DNA of 64,000 nt from Terriglobia bacterium (GTDB lineage: Bacteria; Acidobacteriota; Terriglobia; 20CM-2-55-15), in assembly GCA_965218585.1 (NCBI GenBank), contig CBDCLE010000004.1, forward strand, positions 1 through 64,000. The letters run 5' to 3'. Shown one piece after another: positions 1-9,396 of this stretch. The notes beneath the pieces were generated by a model, which was not told the DNA's origin, did not search any database, and saw only the letters and a list, made by a program, of their open reading frames with translations. The position numbers and the translations under genes were made by a program. Numbering within the stretch: position 1 is the first letter of the stretch; each line of letters begins with the position of its first letter.

Positions 1-259
1 ACGATGTCGTTCATCGTCCCCCGGCAGCTTCTACCGTCTTCCGGACGTTCTCGTAGGCGATGCGTGTCTGTTCTCCCATCTCTTCGGGAATCGATTCGAA
101 CTCCTCCGGGACATGGGGATGGGAGTGGTAGACCGGTGCCGCCGTACAACCAGCGATGAAGAGGATCTTCCCCCTGTTGATTTTCAGGCCCGGCGCATAG
201 GGCATCCAAACACCTTCGGGCGCGTCCTTGTGGTGAATCACTTCGACATCTCTTGCCAT
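1..259 (-). CDS. RidA/YjgF (Rid) family protein, probably running off the window; apparent frameshift near position 20
   Basis: PYAPG..ILFIAG..EQTRIAYENV..VEAAGG Rid pattern. ATG at 259 follows GGAGG. Adding one G to the G5 run restores AGGTMNDIV, the usual Rid continuation. Confidence 0.75.
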
Positions 260-540
260 GGTTGAAACCTCCGTTGTTTGCAGGAAACCTGTGCGGGAAA
301 GTCCCGTAAATAGTACGAAAGTGAGGTTTTTGAAGCAATCGGGCTTGGCAGGGAAAGAGGAATGTGTCCTCCAGACGTTCCGAGGTCTATTCCAAGTTGA
401 CCGCACTTGTCAGCCAGCATAAAATCATGCTCACAACCGACGATTCCCTGAGGAAATCTTGCCACGATTGCGATGGATGGCGAGAGTACGGCTGACCCCC
501 CAGCTCGTGAATCGGTGGTGCGGGTCAAATAGGAGATTCA

Positions 541-1526
541 ATGGCAGAAGGTAAGAACCCCAACAATACTCAGTCAGGCGAGCGGAGAAGTCCCGACGCC
601 GGCGAGCAGAAGCCGGAGCGCCCAGCGATTACGCGGCGTGATTTTCTGATTCGCGGCAACGCGGGGGCCGTTGCGGTCGGCGTTGTGAGCGGTGCCGGGT
701 TTGCGTCGACGCTCATGCCGGAACCCGCCGAGGCCTCGCCGGCACAGTCCGTTCCCATAGATCCCGTACGGTCGCGCAGAATCAGCTTGAACGTGGATGG
801 AGAGCAGCACGATGTCACGGTGGATGTGCGCGAAAGCCTCTGGGAAACCATGAACTACCGGTTGGCGCTTTCCAACTCGAACCTCGGCTGCGACCGCGCC
901 CAGTGTGGCGCCTGCACGATCCTCGTGGACGGCCGGCCGGTGAATGGTTGCGCCGTGTTGAGCGCGCGTTCGGGCCGGGGCCAGGAAATCAGGACCGTAG
1001 CCAGTCTGCCCACTGGTCCCGGAGTTGACGGACTGCACCCGGTTCAAAGGGCCTTCTGGTATGAAGGTGGGTTCCAGTGCGGCATTTGCACCCGCGGCTT
1101 CATCATGTCTACGTATGCCCTCCTTGAAAGCAATCCCAATCCGACAAGACAGGAAATCAAGGAAGCACTTGCCGGAAACATCTGCCGGTGCGGCGAATAT
1201 ACGAAGATCCTGACCACAGTTGAGAAGGCGGGGGCCGAGATGCGGGGTGAGCAGATCACGTATTCGTCTACGCCGATTGCTGTCGAAGAGGCTGAGGCGC
1301 CCCAGGTGGCAGCCGGAGGCAGCACCTCCAGGCAATTCACCTTTGTTACAGCTATGGGAACGATCGAGGATTACGATGACCTTGCCCTGGAACTGGGAGG
1401 ACGCCCGGAATACTGGGCGTGTCCGGAACAGAACGTACGATAACGCCTATTTGGGACCCCACCGTGCTTGACGAGGCCCGGGTTCGCCAGATTCTGGAAG
1501 AACTTGGTTCGCCCGTAGCGCCTTAG
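541..1526 (+). CDS. Tat-exported 2x[2Fe-2S] subunit of a PaoABC/YagTSR-like aldehyde oxidoreductase; ORF stops at 1443, probable frameshifted C-terminal domain to 1526
   Basis: Twin-arginine ITRRDFL; GCDRAQCGACT and QCGICT..GNICRC cluster motifs; GGAGA RBS. Confidence 0.9.
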
Positions 1527-1563
1527 TGAACGCCTGTGGCCTCGTAGTTGAAGGAGAAGTGAC

Positions 1564-4056
1564 ATGAACAGAGATGTGGACGCCATCCGAATCGTACAGG
1601 ACCCGGCGTATGCGGCCAGCCTTTCGGACGAAGAATGGAACAGCCTTTCGACGAATCCGGAGTGGAACGAGCTTGTTGGCGAGTATCCGGAGATGGTCGA
1701 GCCCGTCATCGAACAATACGCGGGAGCCCTGAATGTTCCCTTGCCCCGGACGCCGCCGCCGTCCGCGACCCAGGCGGCGACGGATCAGGATTCTTTCCAG
1801 GTGATCGGCAGGCGCATACCGCGCCTCCATGGCCTGGGTGTCGTCACTGATCTCGGGGAATACGTGCAGCATATGCAGATGCCGGGACTCCTCTACACGA
1901 GGACCCTGCGCAGCCCCCATCCCCACGCCAGAATCACGGCCATACGGACCGACCGGGCTGAACAGATCCCGGGTGTTGTAGCCCTCCTGCACCGCTTCAA
2001 TCTGCCGTTCGAATATTCGGACGTTCGGTTGGGTGGCAGCCCTCCGGACCGGTTCCTATTCAGCGAAGAAGTGTTTCAGGTCGGCGCGCCGGTCGTGGTT
2101 CTTGCTGCAGAAAGTGAACACATCGCCGACGAAGCGATCCGACAGATCGAAGTGGATTACGAAGTTCTGCCAGCTACGCTGGGCATGATGGAAGGCACGA
2201 GCCCGTTCGCCTTTCAGCAGTGGGACAACGCCGAGGACGGTACGATCATCTCGGTGACGCCGCCCCTGGTCCGGGGAGACCCGGACGGCGCCAGCGCCGA
2301 CGCAACACTCGACGCAGTTCTGGAGAAGTCGACTGAACAGCATCTGGCTCTGGAAATGACGAACTCCCTGATGTACTGGGATCATGACCGTCTCATTGCC
2401 TACTACACCACCCAGCATGCTCACGGTTCGCGCGCCGGTCTTTCCCGGGCCCTGAAAATCCCCGCCAACCACATCCGCGTTATCCAACCCGGCTACATGG
2501 GTTCGGGATACGGATATCGAGCGGGAATCGATGCGGCTGAGGTGCATACGGCCATCATGGCCCGGATCACGGGTCGGCCCGTCAAGACGATGTATACCCG
2601 GGAGGAAGACTTCGTCACCCGGACGCACCGGCCGCAGTTCCGCAACGAAATGAGAATAGGTGTAAACAGGGACGGCACCATCCAGTCAGGCCGGTTTCGT
2701 GTCTATGCGAACGTCGGTGCCCAGAGAGGTGGAGGCGCAAACGGCGCATGGTTCGGTATGCAGCATCTCTACGCCATCCCCAACCTCCGGCTTGAAGCGA
2801 CCGATGTCTTCACGAACAGCTTCAGGTCCGGTCCGTACCGGTGTGTCAGTCACCCCAACGGAACGTACGCGCTCGAGATGATGGTCGAACGGGCGGCTGA
2901 CGCAATCGGGATGGACCCGGTCGAGTTCCGGCTCCGGAATCTGAACGAAGTTGGGAATCCCGATACCGGAAGACCCTTCACCAATCCGGGCATCCGCGAC
3001 TGCATCACGTCTGCTGCCGACCGCATCGGATGGGGACAGACTTGGCACGCCCCGCGTGCGCGGGAAGTGAGCCCCGGTGTCTTCCACGGCATCGGCATTG
3101 CCGCTCACGCGTGCAGCCACGGCGGCGGAACGAATCCGGCGACCGGACAGGTCATCGTCAACACGGATGGCAGCGTCCAGTGCGTTTCGGGTTCGACGGA
3201 AATTGGACCGGGGCAGCGGACCCAGATGGCCATGATCGCCGCCGAGGCGCTCGGCGTTCCCTTCGAAAACGTCAGCATCGCGACTGATGTCGATACGGAC
3301 AATACGACCGACACCGGCAGTACGACCGGAAGTCGGCAGACCAATACCGGCGGCCGGGGAATGTATGAAGCCGCGACCGACGCAAAAAATCAAATCCTGC
3401 AGTACGCCGCTGATCGACTGGTCAGCGATGCGGCGCGTCGTAACGAGCAGATCCAGGTCAGCGCTTCCAACCTGGATATTCGCGATGGCGAAGTCTTCAT
3501 GACGGCGGATCCTGCCACACGGCTCGACGTAGGTGCGGTTGTTCAGAGTGCGGGCTTCCCGATTCTGGGGCGGGCCGTTTACAGGCAGGACACCGACTGG
3601 CAGCGGACCGCGTGGGCGTCTCACGCGGTTGAGGTCGAGGTCGACACCTTGACGGGAACCGTAACGGTCACCCGCTACGTGGCAGCTCATGACGTGGGGC
3701 GGGCGATCAACCCGTTTGCGCTCGAGCAACAGATCGAGGGCGGTGTCGTCATGGCATTGGGAGCCGTTCTCGGCGAAGAACTGCTCGTGGATACGGCGAC
3801 AGGCCTTCCAGTCAATCCCAACATGCTGGACTACCGGGCACCGAGCATTCTGGACGTGCCGGATGAGATCGAAGTCATACTCATCGAGCATCCAAAGGCT
3901 TACGGAGTGTACGGCGCCCACGGGATCGGCGAACCACCGATGGCGCCCGGAGCCCCAGCGGTAGCCGCAGCTGTCTATAACGCTGCCGGCGTGTGGATGG
4001 ACAGCATGCCGATAGCGCGCGACAAACTACTGACCGAACTCAGGAACGTGAGGTAA
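1564..4056 (+). CDS. Xanthine dehydrogenase family molybdopterin-binding subunit (PaoC/YagR-like)
   Basis: LRSPHPHARI, MGSGYG, HDVGRAINP, QIEGG and GIGEPP motifs; flanked by FeS and FAD subunits. Confidence 0.92.
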   Translation: MNRDVDAIRIVQDPAYAASLSDEEWNSLSTNPEWNELVGEYPEMVEPVIEQYAGALNVPLPRTPPPSATQAATDQDSFQVIGRRIPRLHGLGVVTDLGEYVQHMQMPGLLYTRTLRSPHPHARITAIRTDRAEQIPGVVALLHRFNLPFEYSDVRLGGSPPDRFLFSEEVFQVGAPVVVLAAESEHIADEAIRQIEVDYEVLPATLGMMEGTSPFAFQQWDNAEDGTIISVTPPLVRGDPDGASADATLDAVLEKSTEQHLALEMTNSLMYWDHDRLIAYYTTQHAHGSRAGLSRALKIPANHIRVIQPGYMGSGYGYRAGIDAAEVHTAIMARITGRPVKTMYTREEDFVTRTHRPQFRNEMRIGVNRDGTIQSGRFRVYANVGAQRGGGANGAWFGMQHLYAIPNLRLEATDVFTNSFRSGPYRCVSHPNGTYALEMMVERAADAIGMDPVEFRLRNLNEVGNPDTGRPFTNPGIRDCITSAADRIGWGQTWHAPRAREVSPGVFHGIGIAAHACSHGGGTNPATGQVIVNTDGSVQCVSGSTEIGPGQRTQMAMIAAEALGVPFENVSIATDVDTDNTTDTGSTTGSRQTNTGGRGMYEAATDAKNQILQYAADRLVSDAARRNEQIQVSASNLDIRDGEVFMTADPATRLDVGAVVQSAGFPILGRAVYRQDTDWQRTAWASHAVEVEVDTLTGTVTVTRYVAAHDVGRAINPFALEQQIEGGVVMALGAVLGEELLVDTATGLPVNPNMLDYRAPSILDVPDEIEVILIEHPKAYGVYGAHGIGEPPMAPGAPAVAAAVYNAAGVWMDSMPIARDKLLTELRNVR

Positions 4057-4062
4057 ACAACG

Positions 4063-5055
4063 ATGAATAGCTTTGAACTCTACGAACCCACAACCGTAAG
4101 CGAAGCCGTTGATACGTTGAACAGGCTCGGTTCCAGAGGCAAGGTCCTTGCCGGTGGCAGCGACCTCGTGTCCGGTGTCATGAAGGACTGGGTCCAGGGC
4201 GACGGCCTGCCTATGCCGGATGCCCTGGTCGATGTAACAACGATTGAACAACTCAAAGGCATCTCGGCCGATGCAAGCGGCGTCACCATCGGAGCGAATA
4301 CGACTCTGACGGAGGTTATCGAGTCTGATGCTGTAAGGGACGCGTTCCCACTCCTGACCGATGCCGCCGCGAGTGTGGCCTCTCCGCTGATTCGGAATTT
4401 CGCGACGCTGGGCGGCAACATCAACCAGCGCCCCCGCTGCTGGTACTTCCGGGGGAGGGATTTTAACTGCCTGAAAAAGGGCGGCGATCTCTGTTATTCA
4501 GTGGGAGGCGACAATCGGTACCACGCAATTATCGGAGCCGACCAGTGCTTTATCGTGCATCCTTCAGACACGGCAATGGCCCTGCTGGCGTTGAATGCCC
4601 AGGCGAGAATCGCGGGTCCTGGCGGTGAGCGCACTGTCGCATTCGACGACTACTTCGTCAGCCCGGCCGAAAACATCCTGGCCGAGAACATCCTTCAGGA
4701 TAACGAGTTGGTGGTCGATGTGTTCATTCCGACCCCGGCTTCCGGCACACGACAGGCGTGGTCGAAACTGAAGAACCGGCAAGTCTACGACTTTGCCATT
4801 ATTTCCGTTGCCACTGCATTCACTGAGGCTGGAGGTGTGTGGGGCGAGGGGCGCGTCGTGTTGGGTGGTGTTGCACCGGTTCCCTACCGGGCGACGGTGA
4901 TCGAAAACCAGCTACAGGGTCAGGATGTCGCCGGTCGTGCCCGACAGGCCGCCGCGTTGATCCGGACCGTGGCGCGTCCGATGAGCATGAATGCGTACAA
5001 GGTGGACGTTGCGCAGACTATGGTGGAACGCACACTCCTCGCTGCCATGGCCTGA
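4063..5055 (+). CDS. FAD-binding subunit (PaoB/YagS-like) with [4Fe-4S] cysteine insert
   Basis: LAGGSDL, IRNFATLGGNINQRPRCWYFR..C.KKGG..C..NRYHAI..C.IVHPSD. Confidence 0.92.
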   Translation: MNSFELYEPTTVSEAVDTLNRLGSRGKVLAGGSDLVSGVMKDWVQGDGLPMPDALVDVTTIEQLKGISADASGVTIGANTTLTEVIESDAVRDAFPLLTDAAASVASPLIRNFATLGGNINQRPRCWYFRGRDFNCLKKGGDLCYSVGGDNRYHAIIGADQCFIVHPSDTAMALLALNAQARIAGPGGERTVAFDDYFVSPAENILAENILQDNELVVDVFIPTPASGTRQAWSKLKNRQVYDFAIISVATAFTEAGGVWGEGRVVLGGVAPVPYRATVIENQLQGQDVAGRARQAAALIRTVARPMSMNAYKVDVAQTMVERTLLAAMA

Positions 5056-5072
5056 TTTTCGGTAGAAAACTA

Positions 5073-5886
5073 GGGCGTGTTAACACTAATGAGCATGAAT
5101 GTTTTATAATCAGGCATGGAGATCACACAGGAGCAGTATTGTCGCATCGAGCCGGAACTGCCGCGTCAGCGGGGCAACGTCAGTCTTTCGAACCTGACGG
5201 TCTTGAACGCCATTTTGTATGTGGCTGAGCAGGGCTGCAAGTGGCGCGGTCTGCCCAAGCGCTTTGGCAACTGGCACACCATCTACACCCGGATGAACCG
5301 CTGGTCCAAGAACGGGGTGCTCGACGCCGTCTTCGAAAAACTCCAGCGCGAGCAACTGGTGCGCATCCGGGTGGAAGCCGTTTCGATGGACTCGACCATT
5401 GTGAAGGTGCATCCCGACGGCACGGGAGCGTTAAAAAAAACGGTCCGCAAGCGATCGGCAAATCCCGCGGTGGATGGACCACCAAGATTCATCTGGTTGC
5501 CGCGAATGCTCGAACGGCGATAACGTTTGCGCTCTCGCCCGGCCAAGCGCACGACGCCCCGCAGGGCCGCGATCTGCTCGCCGGCCTGGGGCCGTTGCCC
5601 GCGCCGCTGCCGCTGCTGATGGACCGTGCCTACCAGGACGACCAGACCCGCCAATTGGCTCTGGATTTTGGGTGGATTCCCGTCGTGCCGCCCAAGCGCA
5701 ACCGCCTGGAGCCGTGGGAATACGACCGCGTGCTCTACCGCCGCAGGAACGAAGTCGAGAGGCTCTTCCGCCGACTCAAGGGTTTTCGGCGTATCTTCTC
5801 CCGTTTCGATAAACTCGACGTCATGTTCCTCGCCTTCCTTCACTTCGCACTCATCGTCGAGGCACTACATTAGTGTTAACACGCCC
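5073..5886 (+). mobile_element. IS5-family element (IS427-like), copy 1, 814 bp
   Basis: 17-bp TIRs GGGCGTGTTAACACTAA; TA duplication at a CTAG site; near-identical copies elsewhere in the window. Confidence 0.95.
5116..5873 (+). CDS. IS5-family transposase, OrfA/OrfB joined by a probable -1 frameshift at an A8 run
   Basis: GCKWRGLP..FGNWHTIY.R, MDST.VKVH, SRGGWTTKIH, MDRAY, RRNEVERLF; TTAAAAAAAAC is conserved in all copies. Confidence 0.92.
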
Positions 5887-5894
5887 TAGTCTGA

Positions 5895-6266
5895 CTAAGG
5901 AATGGCTTCGCCACGATGGCACGTCACGCAGCCGATCCGCGCGGCACCGTCCCTACCTTCCCGTTCAGGCACGTTCGAGAGGAAATCGTTGTTGATCGCC
6001 TGCAACATCCCCATCATCCCGCGAGCGATAAGCTTGTGCTCCATCTCGTCGGAAGCAAAGTCGCCCTGGACATGGCAATAAGTGCACTCCACTCCCAAGG
6101 ACATCGCTATGTTCTGCATGACCATGCGCAGGTCAATCCCCTCTGGCAGAACCTGGAGATTCGTCGGTGCCGGTGGCGCTCCCCGCTGCGCAGAGGAAGC
6201 CTCCGGAAGCGCGATGACCACAACAGCAACGAGGAGACACACAGCCAAGATTGCTGTACGTTTCAT
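5895..6266 (-). CDS. Periplasmic di-haem c-type cytochrome (reaction-centre cytochrome c subunit-like), paralog 1
   Basis: Signal peptide; NLQVLP, SLGVECTYCH and CVTCHRG motifs. Confidence 0.85.
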   Translation of the reverse strand: MKRTAILAVCLLVAVVVIALPEASSAQRGAPPAPTNLQVLPEGIDLRMVMQNIAMSLGVECTYCHVQGDFASDEMEHKLIARGMMGMLQAINNDFLSNVPEREGRDGAARIGCVTCHRGEAIP

Positions 6267-6452
6267 TTCCATCCTTTCTGACAACTGTTCGAACACGACA
6301 GCCATCAAATTATACGAGCGTTCGGACACACCCGTCGGTTAGCGTGAAAGCCATCATACTCCTATGCGTCCTAGAGGCGAAACGGATTCGTCCTTTGGCC
6401 CGGCCAAATGCGACCGAAAAAAGCGCGTCCCGAATGGTTTACCTGATCGGGG

Positions 6453-6809
6453 CTAGTCCGTGTTGGCCATCGCCTCTCCGCGATGGCACATCATGCAGTT
6501 GGCTTGGGCGTCGATGTTCGAGAGGAAATCGTTGTTGATCGTCTGAAGCATCCTCATCATCCCGCGAGCGATATTCTTCTTGTCGACGTCGTCGGAAGCA
6601 AAATCACCCTGGACATGACAATAAGTGCACTGCACTCCCAAAGACATCGCTATGTTCTGCATGACCGTGCGTATGTCAACCCCCTCCGGCAGAACTTGAA
6701 GGTTCGTCGGTGTCGGCGGTTCTCCCCGCTGCGCAGGGGAAGCCTCCGGAAGCGTGATGACCACAACCACGACGAGGAGACACACAGCCGCAATTGCTGT
6801 ACGTTTCAT
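6453..6809 (-). CDS. Periplasmic di-haem c-type cytochrome, paralog 2
   Basis: Signal peptide; SLGVQCTYCH and CMMCHRG; closely similar to the neighbouring gene. Confidence 0.85.
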   Translation of the reverse strand: MKRTAIAAVCLLVVVVVITLPEASPAQRGEPPTPTNLQVLPEGVDIRTVMQNIAMSLGVQCTYCHVQGDFASDDVDKKNIARGMMRMLQTINNDFLSNIDAQANCMMCHRGEAMANTD

Positions 6810-6952
6810 TTCCACCCTTTCTGGCAGTTGCTGCCAATACAACAACCACCAACTATACGAACGGATAGTACCGTCCGTGGAGTCAATGTCGGCCAATCAT
6901 ACTCCAGGAGTTATTGAGGCAACACAGCTTTCTCATTCCGAGAATCAAGCCG

Positions 6953-7384
6953 TCACGAATGTCTCCCCAGCGCTTCGCGGACCTCTTTGAGCACAGCCGT
7001 CGCGGCGGGGAGTTGGCCTTCTGCCCCTCCCAGGTCGGTCTTCTTGTAGAGCTGTTCTTCACGGCGTCGTATTCTCCGAATCAGGCGCGCCCCGTTTGGC
7101 GTCAACCCGACCAGGGAAGATCGTTTGTGGGCCGGATTGTCTTCAAGCGTCACCAATTCAAGTATGAGTAGGGCATTGACCAGGGTCTGAATGTGCTGAC
7201 GGGTCACGAAACGACTGCGTGCTATGGCAGGCACCGTCGTGGAGCCGTGTTTGAAGAGGAACTCCAGGACGGCGCGCATGCCTAGCGTCACAGGTTCGTC
7301 CGAGTTAATCTCCTCGCCAACCTGAACCATTCGGTGATAGAGGAGCCGGACCTCATCGAGCAACGTTTCAATTTCATGTGCCAT
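6953..7384 (-). CDS. MarR family transcriptional regulator
   Basis: TVPAIAR..VTRQHIQTLVN.L and NPAHKRS.LV.LT..G winged-helix pattern. Confidence 0.88.
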   Translation of the reverse strand: MAHEIETLLDEVRLLYHRMVQVGEEINSDEPVTLGMRAVLEFLFKHGSTTVPAIARSRFVTRQHIQTLVNALLILELVTLEDNPAHKRSSLVGLTPNGARLIRRIRRREEQLYKKTDLGGAEGQLPAATAVLKEVREALGRHS

Positions 7385-7434
7385 GGTTAACAATGCTCCG
7401 GAAGAGTTTTTTTTCAAAGAAGCTGGCAACAGGT

Positions 7435-7917
7435 TCAGCTTCTCGGGTTCCAGTGGCTCAGCAACTCCGTACGCTGATCCGGAGTCAGCACTCCCCAGGC
7501 TTCGGTCAACGCTTCGAGGGCACTGTTGACCGCCGTTTCGCTCAGACCCACGGCGGCCACCTGTAACCGTTCCATGTCCTCAGGTCGAAGTACTTCTGAA
7601 TCGAGCGCATCGAGGAAATCATTCCTCAACGAGACCCCTTCTTCTCTCATCTGGGCGATTTCGGACTGCAAGCGACGGATAACGGGCTCGATAGCCGCCC
7701 GTTGCCCGGCACTGGCATCCAGGACGTCGAGCGTCCTGTCCAAAAGCCGTTGGTTGGCTACCGGATCCGAGAAAAAACGATCCGAATCGCGTCGAGGCCC
7801 ACCGATCGTCCACATAACGCTGACCAGGAATAGTAATCCTAAAACAATCCAGAACGCTCTTCTCCCGCGTCCCTTCTCACGATGTTCACTTGTATTCACG
7901 TTGTTTTCTGTTTTCAT
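7435..7917 (-). CDS. Spy/CpxP-like periplasmic helical protein with N-terminal membrane anchor
   Basis: One TM segment; LDASAGQR..I and VLTPDQR (LTxxQ) motifs; AAGGAG RBS. Confidence 0.7.
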   Translation of the reverse strand: MKTENNVNTSEHREKGRGRRAFWIVLGLLFLVSVMWTIGGPRRDSDRFFSDPVANQRLLDRTLDVLDASAGQRAAIEPVIRRLQSEIAQMREEGVSLRNDFLDALDSEVLRPEDMERLQVAAVGLSETAVNSALEALTEAWGVLTPDQRTELLSHWNPRS

Positions 7918-7973
7918 TTCGCTTCTCCTTTTTTGTGTTTTGGGAGCCACGAACCCAATCCCCGGCTCCTCCA

Positions 7974-8021
7974 ATTGACAACTAACTTGTCAATTATATA
8001 TATGACAAGTTAGTTGTCAAT
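7974..8021 (-). promoter_or_regulatory. Consensus sigma70 promoter overlapped by two palindromic operators (probably MarR)
   Basis: Minus strand TTGACA(8020-8015)-N16-TATAAT(7998-7993). Perfect 19-bp inverted repeat 7974-7992/8003-8021, each arm containing TGACAA-N5-TTGTCA. Confidence 0.8.
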
Positions 8022-8283
8022 AAGAAAATTTGCCAGGCTCGATATTCGTGCGAGGAAACACTTTGAAACGACGCTTCCAAGAGGCGTAACATGGTCTCGA
8101 AGGGAGGGTTCAATGGGCGCCTTCCGGCTGTACTGAACTTGGTCACCCTGGCGGCAATCGCTGCGTGGACGATCTGGGGTCTCATGCAAACGATGAAACA
8201 CCGTTAGCTCGATCGAGGGCCCGTATTCGATTAAGTCCTTTTCGCTGGGTTCAAGGCCCGGCACTCACCGAGGAACGTTGATC

Positions 8284-9384
8284 ATGCGCACATCGTTGGT
8301 GTTTGTTCTTGCTCTGTTTTTCGTTGCCCCAGGCCACGCGCAGACACCTGCGAGTGACACGCTGGACATCTACGTGCTCGATGTGGAAGGAGGGAACGCA
8401 ACGCTCTTTGTTTCGCCTTCCGGCGAGTCGCTTCTGATCGATACCGGCAATGGTGGAGACCGAGCGGTTCGGGACGCCGATCGGATCATGGCGGCGATCG
8501 AAGACGCGGGCTTAGAAGCGCTGGATCACCTCATCACGACCCACTGGCACGGCGATCACTTCGGTGCGATGACTGAGCTGGCCTCGCGGATCCCGATTCG
8601 AAACTTCATCGACCACGGGCCCAGCGTCCAGTCGAATCCCGCTACGGATGCGTTTCTCGAGACATACCCCCAACTCTATGGCGAAGCGGAACATACAGTC
8701 GTCGAACCGGGCGACACGATTCCTGTAGCTGGGCTGGAGGTGACTGTTCTCGCCTCAGCCGGCAGAGTACTCGAAGGCTCGCTTCCGGGCAGGGCGCGCC
8801 CGAATCCCTATTGCGGCACTTTTGTGCCTCAAGCCGAAGACACGAGCGAAAACGCGCAGTCCGTAGGGGTACTGGTCAGCTTCGGTGCTTTTACCGCACT
8901 TCACCTGGGCGACCTGACTGTGAACACGGAGTTCGATCTCATGTGCCCGAACAACCCGATCGGGGCGGTGGATCTCTTCATCGTCTCCCATCACGGCCAA
9001 CCGACCTCGAACGCTGAAGTCCTGGCCCATGCCATCGAGCCGCGGGTGGGAATCATGAACAACGGAACGCGCAAGGGAGGACAACCCGATGCGATGCGCG
9101 TTCTACATTCGGCTCCCGGTCTGGAAGATCTCTGGCAGCTTCACTTCTCGGTATTGAGCGGCCAGGAATACACGGTACCGGGACTCTTTATCGCGAACGA
9201 CATCGACCAACCATTGGCGGCGATGCCTGTGAGAGGAATTCCGAATCCGGGACGCGGCGCTGGCGTTGCTCCGCCTCCAGTGCATGACGGTCCGGCTTAT
9301 TGGATCAAGACATCGGGGAACAGTGACGGTTCTTTCACTGTCACCAACAGCCGCAACGGCTTCACTAAGACATACGACAATTAG
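8284..9384 (+). CDS. Secreted MBL-fold metallo-hydrolase (ComEC/Rec2-like)
   Basis: Signal peptide; DVEGGNATL, LLIDTG, THWHGDHFG, LGDL, SHHG. Confidence 0.85.
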   Translation: MRTSLVFVLALFFVAPGHAQTPASDTLDIYVLDVEGGNATLFVSPSGESLLIDTGNGGDRAVRDADRIMAAIEDAGLEALDHLITTHWHGDHFGAMTELASRIPIRNFIDHGPSVQSNPATDAFLETYPQLYGEAEHTVVEPGDTIPVAGLEVTVLASAGRVLEGSLPGRARPNPYCGTFVPQAEDTSENAQSVGVLVSFGAFTALHLGDLTVNTEFDLMCPNNPIGAVDLFIVSHHGQPTSNAEVLAHAIEPRVGIMNNGTRKGGQPDAMRVLHSAPGLEDLWQLHFSVLSGQEYTVPGLFIANDIDQPLAAMPVRGIPNPGRGAGVAPPPVHDGPAYWIKTSGNSDGSFTVTNSRNGFTKTYDN

Positions 9385-9396
9385 TTAACTAGACCA

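Noticed and set aside
11-25. Early stop in the Rid gene as true pseudogenisation or recoding
   Set aside because: One missing G in a homopolymer explains it, so a sequencing error is at least as likely.
2686-3921. Long antisense ORFs (also 11592-12578, 44594-45943, 62229-63092)
   Set aside because: Shadow frames of GC-rich genes with no recognisable motifs.
5431-5442. Frameshift in the IS5 transposase as inactivation
   Set aside because: The A8 run is present in all five copies and fits the programmed frameshifting known for this group.
8200-8270. tRNA-like fragments (TAGCTC..., CTGGG-TTCAAGG-CCCGG)
   Set aside because: Anticodon and acceptor stems do not pair and there is no CCA.
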